A stretch of 63,968 bases of DNA, filler included, from Octopus bimaculoides (Eukaryota): the NCBI RefSeq assembly GCF_001194135.2. It is 10 parts of 8 records of this genome, joined end to end, with 100 filler letters (N's around TTAATTAATTAA, not from the genome) between each part and the next. Parts side by side here need not be neighbours in the genome. Positions count along the whole stretch, not along the records: positions 9,679 to 13,347 come from NC_068982.1; positions 13,448 to 20,006 come from NC_068986.1; positions 20,107 to 24,984 come from NC_068989.1; positions 25,085 to 31,099 come from NC_068983.1; 6 more parts are not named here. One strand, written 5' to 3'. Position 1 is the first letter of the stretch. Each line of letters opens with the position of its first letter. A model generated the notes under the pieces. The model was not told the origin of the DNA. It saw only the letters and a list, made by a program, of their open reading frames with translations, and searched no databases. Position numbers and translations under genes: made by a program. Of the stretch, positions 13,231-26,059 are shown piece by piece.

Positions 13231-13489
13231 AACAGAAATGAAAATAGAATTATTAAAAAGAAATTATAAAAATTATAAAATTATAAATAAAATTTTAAAT
13301 TTATACACTTTTAACACGTTAAACATGATAAACATAAATAAAAGTGANNNNNNNNNNNNNNNNNNNNNNNNNNNNNNNNNNNNNNNNNNNNTTAATTAAT
13401 TAANNNNNNNNNNNNNNNNNNNNNNNNNNNNNNNNNNNNNNNNNNNNCAGTACTTATTTTTAAACTTTGTATTTATTCAATCGTTCTCC

Positions 13490-13522
13490 TATCTCCGGTT
13501 ATCAAGCGGTGGTGGAGGGGGG

Positions 13523-13585
<63 letters not shown>

Positions 13586-13725
13586 GTACGACGATCTTTA
13601 AATTCCCAATCACAAGGCTGTTGGTTGGCTTGGGTCAATAGTGGAAGACACTTCATCAATTGGTGGTACTGTGGAATTGGGTCGAAGACCATATGGTTGG
13701 GAGACAAGCTTCTTATCATATTCTT
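13490..13725 (-). mobile_element. Family 1 SINE, degenerate head and microsatellite
   Basis: Similarity to 10340-10507 and 41130-41445. Confidence 0.65.
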
Positions 13726-13970
13726 CAATGTTTCGAATGCTGTTTTCTTTCCTTTTTAAAAGTAAACTCACACATACACCAATTTATATGGTTTTCGTTA
13801 TATAAGACCAATAGACACGAGATATTTGCCTACGTTACTAAACGTTTCCTCTCTTTTTTGCCATTGTCCAAATGATAATTGATCTACATTAGACTTATTA
13901 GTTTCATAAAAAGATAATTCAATAATATATATATATGTATATTGAATCATTCATTGATTGNNNNNNNNNN

Positions 13971-14013
<43 letters not shown>

Positions 14014-14264
14014 TGAATCATTCATTGATTGTTTCCACAGATTATTGAGATAACTTTTCTGACCAAACCATTCTCAATTACTTAACCTACGACTCACATA
14101 CTCTTCAAAATTTCTTATTGTATTGATAGAGGCATCTTCCATTGGCGGTTTCATTATCTTCTTCACCTCGTGACTACATCAACTTTCTTTTATGAGGTAC
14201 TTGTGATTAATGAATTTTCTTTGTAGCCTTCAAAAGAATTAGATGAACAAAATAATATGTAATA

Positions 14265-14476
14265 GCGGTTTCAAATTTTGGCACAAGGTCTGCGATTTCG
14301 AGGAAGTGAGTAAGTCGATTACATCGACCCCAGTTTTGAGCTGCTACTTATTTTACCGACCTTGAAGGAATTAAATGAAATGTCAACCTCGGCGGAATTT
14401 GAACGCAGAACGTAAAGACAGACGAAATGCTGCTAAGCATTTTGCCCAGCGTGCAAACGATTCAGCCAGCTCACCG
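14265..14476 (-). mobile_element. tRNA-derived SINE (family 2)
   Basis: Matches the near-intact copy at 54839-55071 (ctcggcggaatttgaac.cagaacgta..tgctaagcattttgccc). Confidence 0.75.
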
Positions 14477-14657
14477 GTTTAAAAAGTGGAATATAAAAAA
14501 AAAATAGCATATCCATAAAATTATAGTCATGTCTGCATCCTTTCTTGTCATGAATTATTATCTGTTTAGCCAGACATTCGCAGGCATCCGCAAATATTTT
14601 GTTGATTTCTTTAAACAAGGGCTCGTGATCCGGTTAGATTCATCATTCCGATGAGGT

Positions 14658-14712
14658 AACTTCAACTGAGGAGATGCACAATAAGGTCGAAACACTGTAG
14701 TATATGAAAGTT
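14658..14712 (+). ncRNA. Candidate minimal type-I hammerhead ribozyme
   Basis: aacttcaa-CTGAGGA-GAT..GTC-GAAA-C-actgta-G-TA-tatgaaagtt. Catalytic core intact and in order; 3-bp stem II, 2-bp stem III, bulged stem I. Folded by eye only. Confidence 0.45.
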
Positions 14713-14937
14713 CGCTTTCAGACATCACCGAAAAGGAGCAGGGGTTCTCCGGTGGCGAAAAAACAAGAACGATCAAATATTCATGTTTGGATTTGCAAGA
14801 ACGTATTTAGAATGAAGAACTATTTATTCTTGAGATTACCGCTGTTCTGCGTGCACCCCTGGACTTACACGCACACGCGCACACGCACACACACACGCAC
14901 ACACACAAACAAACACACACACACACACACACACACG

Positions 14938-14981
<44 letters not shown>

Positions 14982-15284
14982 CATATATATACATATACAC
15001 ATTCATACGGATTTTTGAGAAGATTTCCTCTAGATACATGATTCACTGGAGAAACACATAAAGTAGGTAAAGATTTCTATGTGTCGAGCAGTGAGAAAAA
15101 CGTCTTAAAAATCTAGATGTAAATCTGCAGATAGGAAGCCATGTGACATCCTTTCTGTTGGTCTCCGTCATATGTTTGAATTAATCTCAGTCTGTAGGCG
15201 GTGAATTCTAAATTTTATTCGCTACATTCAACGTCATATTTAATTATTTCACATTTTTATGTAATTTCTCACCATTTCTTTTAG

Positions 15285-15412
15285 GTCATCGTTAATCTAC
15301 ATTCCATATGTCTATATCAACAATGGCATGCCACGAGGCAACTCCGTACAGATTTATTACGAGCGTTTTGGTTTGTTGAAATATAAGAAAATCTTTTCCG
15401 GTCTGAGTTGTG
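15285..15412 (+). CDS. Candidate internal coding exon (SSLIYIPYVYINNGMPRGNSVQIYYERFGLLKYKKIFSGLSC)
   Basis: Long pyrimidine tract with tttcttttag acceptor and TG|gtaaga donor. 128 bp, open, phase 2 to 1. Product not recognised. Confidence 0.45.
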
Positions 15413-15940
15413 GTAAGAATCGGCAGTTATGGCACTTATTATTATTATCAAGAATTGTAATTCTTGATTACGTAAAAGTACGCCATATGGCAGCTGAAGT
15501 TATCGCTAGTGTCACTGAGTGACAATAATGCGATTAAGGATATGTTTAAGTTAACGTCTTGACTCTAATCTGTAAATTACACTCTCCCTTGAAGAATTAT
15601 AGGTTAAATTTTGTCGAAATGACTTGAACTCAGAAAGGTGAGGACCACATGCCTATGCTACTTTGTTCCTCTTCTCTCATTTCACGATATACCAAACTGT
15701 AATAATGAGTATATTTTATTTTAATACTGTTATGACTGTGCCGTACATCGAGCTGTTTTTTGATTTCGGTAGTATATAAGTTTTTGCCGAAAAAATTACT
15801 CGTTCCTTGACTCTGGGGAAAGAGCGCTGTGACTGGTCCGCTACAGCGAAATATAGCCGTGAATTGACCTTCTGATAGCGAAAAGTAGCCGATTCAGGGA
15901 CAGGAAGGAAGGATAGATAGATAGATAGATAGAAATATAC

Positions 15941-15971
<31 letters not shown>

Positions 15972-16029
15972 CATACATACATACATAGAGAGAAGAGGAG
16001 GAAAACAGAGAGACACGACTCGACCAATT

Positions 16030-16430
16030 ATTTTACTAGTACTTTATTTATCGACCCTGACAGAACAAACAGCAAAGTTGATCTTGGTTTGAATTCAGAG
16101 CTTTCATCTTGTCGGTGTTCGATAAAATAAGTACCAGTTGAATGCGAGGGTCGATGTAATCGACATATCCTCTCCCCCAAAATTGTTTGTGCCAAATTTT
16201 CAAACAAATATTAATTGACTTGCGAACCAGGAGAATCGTTACTGCGCCGGACAAAATGGCTTGCGGCATTCCTTCCGACTTTACGTTCTGAGTTCAAATG
16301 CTGCCAGAGTCGACTTTGTTTTTCATCCTTTCGCGGTTGATGAAATAAGTATCAACTGAGCACAAGGTCGATATAATCGACTTAACTCCATTCCCAAAAT
16401 TGCTCGCCTTGTGCCAAAATTTGAAATTTA
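16030..16430 (+). mobile_element. Two tandem family 2 SINE pieces, the first a fold-back chimera
   Basis: 16030-16095 is minus-strand SINE body joined near gaattc to plus-strand body and tail. 16225-16430 is a plus-strand copy. Confidence 0.65.
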
Positions 16431-17239
16431 CATCAGTTTACGTACCTTTATATTCTGAATTCAAATTATCTCCCTTAGATGACAGACGGTACAGCTCCGG
16501 ATAAAATGCTTTACCATATTTAGTTACATCGCTAAACATCTATAGTGTACTGCTCACTGTGATTGTTTATTGAACCGAAACCCATGTCTACTTTCGACTA
16601 TAATCAATCAAAGTTAAACAGTTGCCGTTGTGGTTGTTACTGTTTGCTTTCAATGCTTAACCGATACTAGCTCTGTATGTGTAGGGTGCGTAAATTGTTT
16701 GTTTTTAATTGCTGTGAGATAATTGTTTCTGATATGCAATAGCTGGTAAGGATATTTTCTCCATAGTGTACAAGCTCTGGGGTTTTTTGTTATATATTTC
16801 TCTGCATTTCTTTTTGGCAATTACAAGGCGCCTATTGTATAATTTATTGTAAGCTAACGTACGTTATATGATAAGCCGAAAATAGTGTTTAATTAATTGA
16901 AATTATAAACAAATTGACAAAAACCATTAACGTTGATGAAAATTATACTCAAAGAGGGCAATAACTTCTGAAACGTTAACTGATAAAAAGTAAAAGGAAA
17001 ATATGCGAAGGGCGGGTAGTGTATCTCATGTTAAGTACCTATGGTGACAACTACGGATTTGTTTCTGCCGTAGTAGATCCACTCAACAAAGCGTGCAGCT
17101 GCACATTACCACCAAGATCTGAGACTCATTTCTCCACCTCCATCCATATCACCGATAAATTTTTGGTAAATAGAAATTCTGGAAAATTTCTACTTTGCCT
17201 CTTCTGAGAGTAATTTTCATTATCGCAAATGAATTTACA

Positions 17240-18650
17240 GTTATAATTTCACTTGATTACAAATTATTTTCAGATCGGCATATAAATATAATAGCACACA
17301 ATTAACAAGTTTTCACTTCATGCAAAAGGCTCCCTTAGGAAAATTTCTAATGTCACCTATTATGTATACTGGGTGAATTTTCAATCCTCAAAATCTGGAT
17401 TTCTGTTTTCTCCAGGCATATTTATATAGTTGCTATATTTCTCCGTTATCTATTGGAATCAATAAATCGATCCTGATAGTAATTAACAATGGTATCTCGA
17501 AGATTTGCTTTAATAATCCCTCTGTTTGAATTGTCGTGTCTAGGAATATGGGCACCTATTTGTCGTTCACTGGGCTCTTTTTTAATATATTTCGTAATAT
17601 TTGTATAATTTCCAGTGCATAAAACATTAATCGCTGGAGTGTTTGTTTATACTTTATGTTATGAGCAGCCGGGAAACAGTGATTGATTGCTTCTTCACAG
17701 CCACTGCATATTCTTTAGTTAGATTTTAAACTCGACTTCATAATATGTTTCAGTAGTTTATTCTCAACAAGTGTTAAGACATTTTTTTTATCCAGTTCTA
17801 CTTTGCCAAGTTCGGCTGGGTATTAATAATGTTGGGGATAATTTTGCTGGCATGTTAGTATGCATTATGTTGTCCCGTTCTATATTTAATTCCTTTTTGC
17901 GTGAGTGTTTGTGTTTTATGTTATTACTTTTCCATCCTCACAGCTTGTTAATGTTTTGTTGCTATTTATATCAATTTCCCTTTAGACACCTATCTCGTTG
18001 TGTTTGTGATAAATATAATCTCTTTGTGTCGGCGTTCTAAATGCTGTGATTATTTTCCTTGTTTTCTTATCCAGACTTGCTAATTCACTTAACTTACTAT
18101 TGAGAATATAAAAATATTACGGTAAATATATTACTAAAACTGCTAGAGTATTGATACCAGTTATCTAATTTCAAGCAATTTAAGTATAAATCTAATCCTT
18201 TTATGATACAAATTACTAGCCGTTTATTTAATTTGTCTGTTTTGTACTCTGTGGTTCTTCCACTCGTGATTAGTTGTATGTATATCTTTAATCTAATTCT
18301 CTTATCTCTCTTACTTTATCCAATAGGATATTAGTATTTGTTTTATTAGATTCTCTTTCTTCAAGGTAGTGTTACTGTATTTTTCTTCTAAGCGAATTAC
18401 AAATTCTTCTGAATCCGTACACTATGTGCAACAGGGTTTCCAGCTGCCTGCCATCAACAGCAATTAGTATCAGGTCAATTGCATATAGTAGATCAACGAC
18501 TGTGATTTCATAGAATTTACATCTGCATCCAGTCTAGTCAATAATGTTGGTCAAAGGTGTTAGGTGTTGGTGGAAGTGGAATCGAGAGAAAAAGTCGCCA
18601 GGAATATCTTTTTTTTTTAAATATTTGTCTTTTTATAGGGAATTGATTTC
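17240..18650 (-). mobile_element. Highly decayed Penelope-like relic (tentative)
   Basis: Only weak, frameshifted echoes of RT (KLSPT) and GIY-YIG (FxxSENL) motifs on the minus strand. Confidence 0.25.
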
Positions 18651-19239
18651 TGTTTACAAATCTATCTTTTGTTTAAATCTTAAATGATCTTCTGTTTACT
18701 TAATTCACGATTGGTTCACCGGTCGGTTACTTACTCATTACTCATGTATTAAGAGCAAAGAACGGCAAAAGTTTATCAAAAGCATTCCCAGGTCCTTCTT
18801 TCATCTATTTGTCTCTGTTTATGACTTCCTTACAATTATTTGAACCATTCCGATATCTCTTAAAGTTATGTTGGGATTATGTGCTTTTCTGTTTTCATAA
18901 CTATCAGAGCGCGCGGCGCTCCTCACAGGCGCAGGTTCGTGAGATGGCTGTGATCTATAAACCGTTTTGAGTAGGAACTGGAAAGAGAAGTATGAACACG
19001 CAATGCGCATGGGAACACTGAATTCGTAAAACAGAAGAATAAAAACGCAATGCGCATGTCAAAATAAAACAGAAGAAAAGAATAAAAACACAATGTCAAA
19101 CAAGTTATACGATGTTCAGCGTGCCACGTCTGGCACCACTATCACGCACCTTTGCTGTAATTTTCTTGTTTTCTATTAAATATTCTCGTTTGCAATAAAG
19201 AAAAATTGAAAGTTTTGTATAACTTATTGGTTTTAAGCC

Positions 19240-19450
19240 TTTTAAGGTCAGATAAAAAGGGAAAGAGTTTGTTGTCGGAGGATGGCGAGGGAGATGCGCT
19301 GTAACAGCCACTCTAACTCAAGGGGGTTGCGCATGCGGATAGCCATCTCCGCCCCGATAGTGGTGAGCAGGGATATGATCTGGTGGCCGAGAACGCCGGA
19401 GGGTTCCAAAGCCATTTCAATTGTTTGGGGTACCTGTGACATTTTTTAGC
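19240..19450 (-). mobile_element. CRE-clade-like RLE non-LTR retrotransposon C-terminal fragment
   Basis: MALEPSGVLGH..LLTTIG..ELEWLLQRISLAILR resembles the P.A.ET.G..G...L..RE..L.QR(I/L)S.A(I/V).RGN terminus of CRE-type elements. Confidence 0.5.
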
Positions 19451-19694
19451 CAAAATTATAGCACTTTCCAAATGATATTTTCAGCAACAAGATATCAAGC
19501 ATGCAACAAATACGAGACTGTTGGACTTAGCACCATTTACTGACGACACTATGTTCTAGTTTCAAATCAAAATCTATGGTTGACTTTTCCTTTCACTTCA
19601 ACATGGTCAATAAAAAATAGGTGCAAGTCAAATATTGGAAATATTTTAAGCAACTTGAAAATTTGTTGCCCTGTACAATTATTATTATTATTAT

Positions 19695-20006
19695 TGTTCA
19701 GTAGTTTTATTTTTATACCGTGCTTTCACTTCACTACCGAGCGCAGCTCTGTGCGCCTTGGGTATGTGCTGTGGTTTGCTGTGGGACTCTTATGTTTACT
19801 GTATTGAAAGTGTTTTGCGTAGAATGTGTGCAGTACCCAGTAGTGCAATTTTCTGTATGTTATATATATTTGTAAGTCCTGGTGTTTTTGTTATGTATTT
19901 GTCTGAATATTTTTTTTATTATACCTAAGGCACCTACTATGATAGGAATTGTTTCTGTTTTTAGATTCCACATTCGAGTTACCTCTATTTCCAGGTCTTT
20001 GTATTT
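19695..20006 (-). mobile_element. R4/Dong-like family C copy with (TAA)n tail
   Basis: Reverse complement of 921-1231 with few substitutions. (TTA)n at 19678-19695; 5' side cut by a gap. Confidence 0.85.
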
Positions 20007-20106
20007 NNNNNNNNNNNNNNNNNNNNNNNNNNNNNNNNNNNNNNNNNNNNTTAATTAATTAANNNNNNNNNNNNNNNNNNNNNNNNNNNNNNNNNNNNNN
20101 NNNNNN

Positions 20107-20141
<35 letters not shown>

Positions 20142-20974
20142 CCATATATAAGCATATGTGTGTGTGTGTGTTTATGTATATGTTTGTGTGTGTTTGTATA
20201 TATATATATATATACATGTTTTAGTGGTAGTGTTGTTATTGCTATTATTACTATGTATTATATCAATGTAAAGGTGATTCGTTACAGGTGGCCCTATGCT
20301 TCGCTCAATGTGAGATTTTCGAAAGTCAGAGGTATTTGTTCAAATGGGGAAATGTTTTTTACAAAGAATACAGTAAGCTGTCTCAGTATCTGCTTTTCTA
20401 AATATGGAAGATCAAGCGGTTTTATTTTATATATAAAATGAATAGTGGCAGCTAGTAATTTCAGGAATTGATATGTCTCTGTATAAGTTTAAGGGCAAAT
20501 CATAGCTAGATACAAAAGGAAATTTAAGGAGAACCTAAGAAAAGATTCATAAATACCAATAGCAATATAGAACATATATTTGGTTGTAAACACACAAAAC
20601 AACAGGGCACTAGAAATTATTGGGATAGCCGTGAGGAGGCAATGGTAACTAATTCTAAGTATAAGTGTGAAAAGACCATAGAAACAGTGTAATAGTGGGC
20701 ATGGATTACGCCCCATATGAGTTCAAGCGAAGAGGTTATTAGCTCAACTGATGAAATTTAAAGCTCAGAACGGTATAGGATTTCTAAATAGAGAAAATAA
20801 AAAGAATTTATATAAGATAATCATGTAGATTAAATACTACTGCTGACGGTCTGAGAGGAAGATGAAGTTAGGAACATTTAGAAGATCAATGTATGCTACC
20901 AAATCAGTGGGCTAACTACAGCGATCAGAGATGCTTAATAAATAATCAATAAAGGATTAAGAAATTTTATATAA

Positions 20975-21036
<62 letters not shown>

Positions 21037-22588
21037 NNNNNNNNNNNNNNNNNNNNNNNNNNNNNNNNNNNNNNNNNNNNNNNNNNNNNNNNNNNNNNNN
21101 NNNNNNNNNNNNNNNNNNNNNNNNNNNNNNNNNNNNNNNNNNNNNNNNNNNNNNNNNNNNNNNNNNNNNNNNNNNNNNNNNNNNNNNNNNNNNNNNNNNN
21201 NNNNNNNNNNNNNNNNNNNNNNNNNNNNNNNNNNNNNNNNNNNNNNNNNNNNNNNNNNNNNNNNNNNNNNNNNNNNNNNNNNNNNNNNNNNNNNNNNNNN
21301 NNNNNNNNNNNNNNNNNNNNNNNNNNNNNNNNNNNNNNNNNNNNNNNNNNNNNNNNNNNNNNNNNNNNNNNNNNNNNNNNNNNNNNNNNNNNNNNNNNNN
21401 NNNNNNNNNNNNNNNNNNNNNNNNNNNNNNNNNNNNNNNNNNNNNNNNNNNNNNNNNNNNNNNNNNNNNNNNNNNNNNNNNNNNNNNNNNNNNNNNNNNN
21501 NNNNNNNNNNNNNNNNNNNNNNNNNNNNNNNNNNNNNNNNNNNNNNNNNNNNNNNNNNNNNNNNNNNNNNNNNNNNNNNNNNNNNNNNNNNNNNNNNNNN
21601 NNNNNNNNNNNNNNNNNNNNNNNNNNNNNNNNNNNNNNNNNNNATATATATATATATATATATATATATACGTGCGTGCACATTATAAGAAAATAATTTC
21701 AAAACTTTATTTCCCAGTAACGAATTTGTGTGTGTGTGTGTAGTACATATGCATATTTATTTATGTACATGTATGTACATGTATGTACATGTATGGTTTA
21801 AATTATTTGATATGCATAAAAGCAACAAAAATTAGCTTAATTCACCACAGGCCTCATATTTTCAGTAATTATATTGATAGTAACTTCGAAGTTTTGCCAG
21901 ACATACGGCTTATTCATGAAACATAACTATCTGTAACGAATTACATTTACATCAATGTAGCCACAAATTGAGTCTTTCCAGTTTATATATGTATGTATAT
22001 GCATGTATACTTAAATATGTGCGTCCATATATACATACATATATATGTGTATACGTATATATATGTGCATACATATATATGTGCATACATATATACATAT
22101 ATGTGTGACTGTGTGTGTATGCATGTGTGTGAGTTTCCCGATGTGTATATGTTGAATTGAGAAACAACTGTTCCAGTTTTATCTTTTTAACAATTTGTTT
22201 TTATGAATTGCTTATAGTTCCTTTGGAATAGTAAAGTCCTCAAATCTATCATCAACGTTTCTAGACATTCGTAGTCACATCTTCTGGATGAAGTGATGTT
22301 GGTGTCTTACTGCCTCTTTATAGCAAACAGGTCCGTAGCCATTGCTGTAGACGCTACCATCGGTACTTAAACGTTTGATAGATTTTATACGTCACTACTC
22401 AGCTGTGTGATTGGTGTACGTTGTCCGTGTGTTCGAAACAAACGGCAAGAAACTTTTATGAAAAAATGGGAAGAAATCAACTTGCTAAACAAAATAAAAC
22501 TAAAACAAGCTGAACCGCATGCAATACATGTATAGTTACGCATACGAGTGTATAAACGTGTATGTTGTGTGTGTGAGTGTGTATATCG

Positions 22589-22640
<52 letters not shown>

Positions 22641-23239
22641 CGATATTCACAGGTGCACTCATACACAGTCAAACACACACACACACACATACACACACAT
22701 ATATATATATATACACGAAGATTTATAATAGTTCGCTATGGTGATGGTGTTGGCAGGGCGTTTAGCTCATGTAGGGGGTGGGGCAGTTATAAGCATGTGT
22801 GTGTTTGTGCGTACATGAATTTATGTATATATATATGTATGTATATGTATGTCTGTAAACAGTATTAATCCGGATACATTATATATAAAGAATACGTCGG
22901 CTGAAATATTACTTCGGCTGTATTCAAACCACGCATGTCTAGCATAGAAACCAGCGGTATGGGTCTGTCACACTAAATATCTCAAATACACCCACACACA
23001 AACGCATACACATACATACATACACACACGCACACATATATATATATTACACATGATGAATTCTTCATCGGAATCAAACTACATATCAATTTTTTAAAAA
23101 GAAAAACGAAACAGAATTTCTATAACTGTCGTGCAACTGTTTGTAATTTGCCTTGTCAGTACGAGATTGTCGGTCGATTTCTGTGGAAGACGTAACTTGT
23201 GTTTCTTAATATTGCATCATTAATATTATAATTGATATT

Positions 23240-23615
23240 TGGTTCTTAGCATTTCTGTTATTAGAACATCTGATTTGTTTCACCAATCTTTTCCACGCAT
23301 CTCAATCACGCGCTTTCCCTACGTAACCCTGGTCCCGACTGTTCATGTAGAATTAAATATTGGTTTCCATCCAAGCAGCTCATTGAACTTGATGGTCTTG
23401 TTAGTTCCGACCCCCTCTACATGGGTTGGATACCGTTGACATTATAGGAACACTAATCGATCTTCGATTAATCCTGCTTGGTGTCCACGCACCATGTTCA
23501 TTGGGCGAGTCCAAGGGTGAGGGCAGTTTAATCACCGATCATGAGCAGTAAGTCCAGGATTATATCGTTGTCAGAAGTAGGTTTCCATCAACCTGTGGTG
23601 GACTGGTCCCATCTT
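23240..23615 (-). mobile_element. Decayed RTE-like LINE 3' coding fragment (tentative)
   Basis: Minus strand has degenerate LxWTPMxHG and (M/N)xxRDQGY..W motifs of RTE C-termini. Confidence 0.35.
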
Positions 23616-24947
23616 GACATACGCATATCTATCTACCTGTCTACCTATCTATCAATATATATATATATATATATATATATANNNNNNNNNNNNNNNNNNN
23701 NNNNNNNNNNNNNNNNNNNNNNNNNNNNNNNNNNNNNNNNNNNNNNNNNNNNNNNNNNNNNNNNNNNNNNNNNNNNNNNNNNNNNNNNNNNNNNNNNNNN
23801 NNNNNNNNNNNNNNNNNNNNNNNNNNNNNNNNNNNNNNNNNNNNNNNNNNNNNNNNNNNNNNNNNNNNNNNNNNNNNNNNNNNNNNNNNAAATAGTAGAA
23901 AATGTGTCAAAAATTTCTTTATATATATATATATTAATGGTAATAGTATGACAGCAAAAGAATGAATGAGACATCGATATTATGTAAATAGAGGAATTTA
24001 TCTGTAATATATGTGACAATTATTCGGTTGCCATAATATAACTCCGGAACTCGGAGTTATATATTGTAATTAAAAGAAGTTTAACTTTCTAAATTAAATG
24101 GAGAATAATTTTATCCTCTCTGTTTATATATATGAAAAATAAAAATGTAAAGCTACGTTTGCACAGAATGAATGTTATTATAGTGGTATACGTATTCTTA
24201 AGGTAAATTTGACGCATATAATTTATATAATCATACATGACAAAAGTGAGAATGATGGAAGGGAACAAGGTAAAGTAAATATTGCTTTGAGCATTTTGCA
24301 AAGAAAAGGGTTTTAGTATATGCATTTTTGAGCTTTGCGGCTAAAAGGATGGGGTTGTAGAATAAAGAAAAGTCATTTAACTAACCCCTATAAATACATA
24401 TCAATTAAAATTGCTTACTTAGCAAAAATGATCCTAGTTATTATTAATTGACTGCACAGTCTTCTTGATTGCATTTCCTGAAACTGAGATGGAACACCTT
24501 ATACATCGAATTAAGTTACGATATCTTTCTCAATAATTCAGCTAATTCTCGTATATTAGCAATAATAATTGATAATATTAGTAGCAATTTGTAGTAATAT
24601 ATTGCATTAGTAGTACTTTATTCAATTCTAAGATCGCAACAGTTATGAAGTAAATTCTGTATCAATCAATCACGTAACGGGGTAAAACTAATTAAGCTTT
24701 AATACTTGCTCGTTGAATTCGATTGTGGTAAAAGCGCGTGGTATAGGGATTAAAACTCGGCGTAAAGTCGTAGATTGAATAAATTACATTCCAAAGATAC
24801 CCTTCAAATGTATAAACTGCTTAGTTCCCTAGGAGCAACTGCTAATGCTTTCTTTCTAGGTCATCGAGAGAAAATTTGTGATTCCTTTCTTGATTATATA
24901 CGTGTATGTATGCATAAGAGGATTCCTGCGTGCCTGAAGTTTGCGAG

Positions 24948-24984
<37 letters not shown>

Positions 24985-25084
24985 NNNNNNNNNNNNNNNN
25001 NNNNNNNNNNNNNNNNNNNNNNNNNNNNTTAATTAATTAANNNNNNNNNNNNNNNNNNNNNNNNNNNNNNNNNNNNNNNNNNNN

Positions 25085-25336
25085 TTGTTGCAGGTGTATT
25101 TTTTCTTCTTCCCATTTCATAATATAATGTATCCGACTGTTCTTTAATATCGGTAAAGGACCACAGTTTAGGATTTTTATCATTTGTTCAAAAAACCACG
25201 GAGCGTAGTTGCTTTCGGCTGTAGTCAAATTACTGTATTCCGACACGAATTTTTGCATAACATTTCCAAATGTATTATTTTCGCTCTTCACTGTTAATAT
25301 AATTATGAAAAGGAAATAAAATGTTCTGGATATCAT
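25085..25336 (-). CDS. N-terminus of a putative secreted Sushi/CCP-domain protein, running into a gap
   Basis: MISRTFYFLFIIILTVKS/EN is a signal-peptide-like start. An uninterrupted frame leads to LNCGPLPILKNS, a CCP-like opening (CxPLPxxxN). TATAAA lies ~95 bp upstream. Confidence 0.55.
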
Positions 25337-25399
25337 TCTCTCAATTTTGTTGCTAAACTTGTCCGTGAAGATGAGGTCGCTGTGTTCACACTTCCTATT

Positions 25400-25436
25400 T
25401 CGTTGTTTTCAGTGAATGTTCAATGCAACTTTATAC
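25400..25436 (-). promoter_or_regulatory. Candidate TATA box and initiator of the secreted Sushi gene
   Basis: Minus-strand TATAAAG at 25435-25429, followed ~20-25 nt later by ttcactg; ATG at 25336. Confidence 0.35.
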
Positions 25437-25727
25437 TCGAGATAACGCATGTGAACGGGAGTGTATAAGTAGTTATGAGGAAAACATACTTACATTTCCG
25501 TTTTGAATTTGACACCGCTCTAATTGAATAGATATGGATACACCCATATGGATACTTTTAGATAGTATAGAATATTAATATGTCCAGACTAAATATCAAA
25601 CTGAGTACATAATAAGCACAAATTACAAACTATGAAAAATGATAACATTATATTAAATAATTTGTATACTTGATATTTTGTGTAATTTCATTGACATAAT
25701 ATATATACAGTACTACATAGAATACTG

Positions 25728-25758
<31 letters not shown>

Positions 25759-26059
25759 GAGTGTGCGTGTGTGCCGTGTGTGTGTGTGTGTGTGTGTTTG
25801 TATGTGCGTGTGTTTGTATGTGCGTATGTATGTATGCATGCAATATACATACATATGTAAGATAGATAGATAGATCTTTTGCATTATTACAGGTCAAGTT
25901 TTTATACATAGTGCACGCTTTTGTAATGTTCGTGTAGGCAACGTTTTCGTCCCACTCACTAATATTTCAATTGAAAACAAAGAAAAACTGACAGGCGTTA
26001 CACAGTACATAAAATAGCAAAATTATGTGAAAGTACTTCACATACTCTGCATAAAATAA

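Noticed and set aside
13925-14032. Direct duplication atatgtatattgaatcattcattgattg on both sides of a 10-N gap
   Set aside because: Identical contig-end overlap; probable assembly artefact.
20400-20960. Purine-rich segment with ctgatga, possibly a PLE relic
   Set aside because: No translatable motif and no GAAA core could be recovered.
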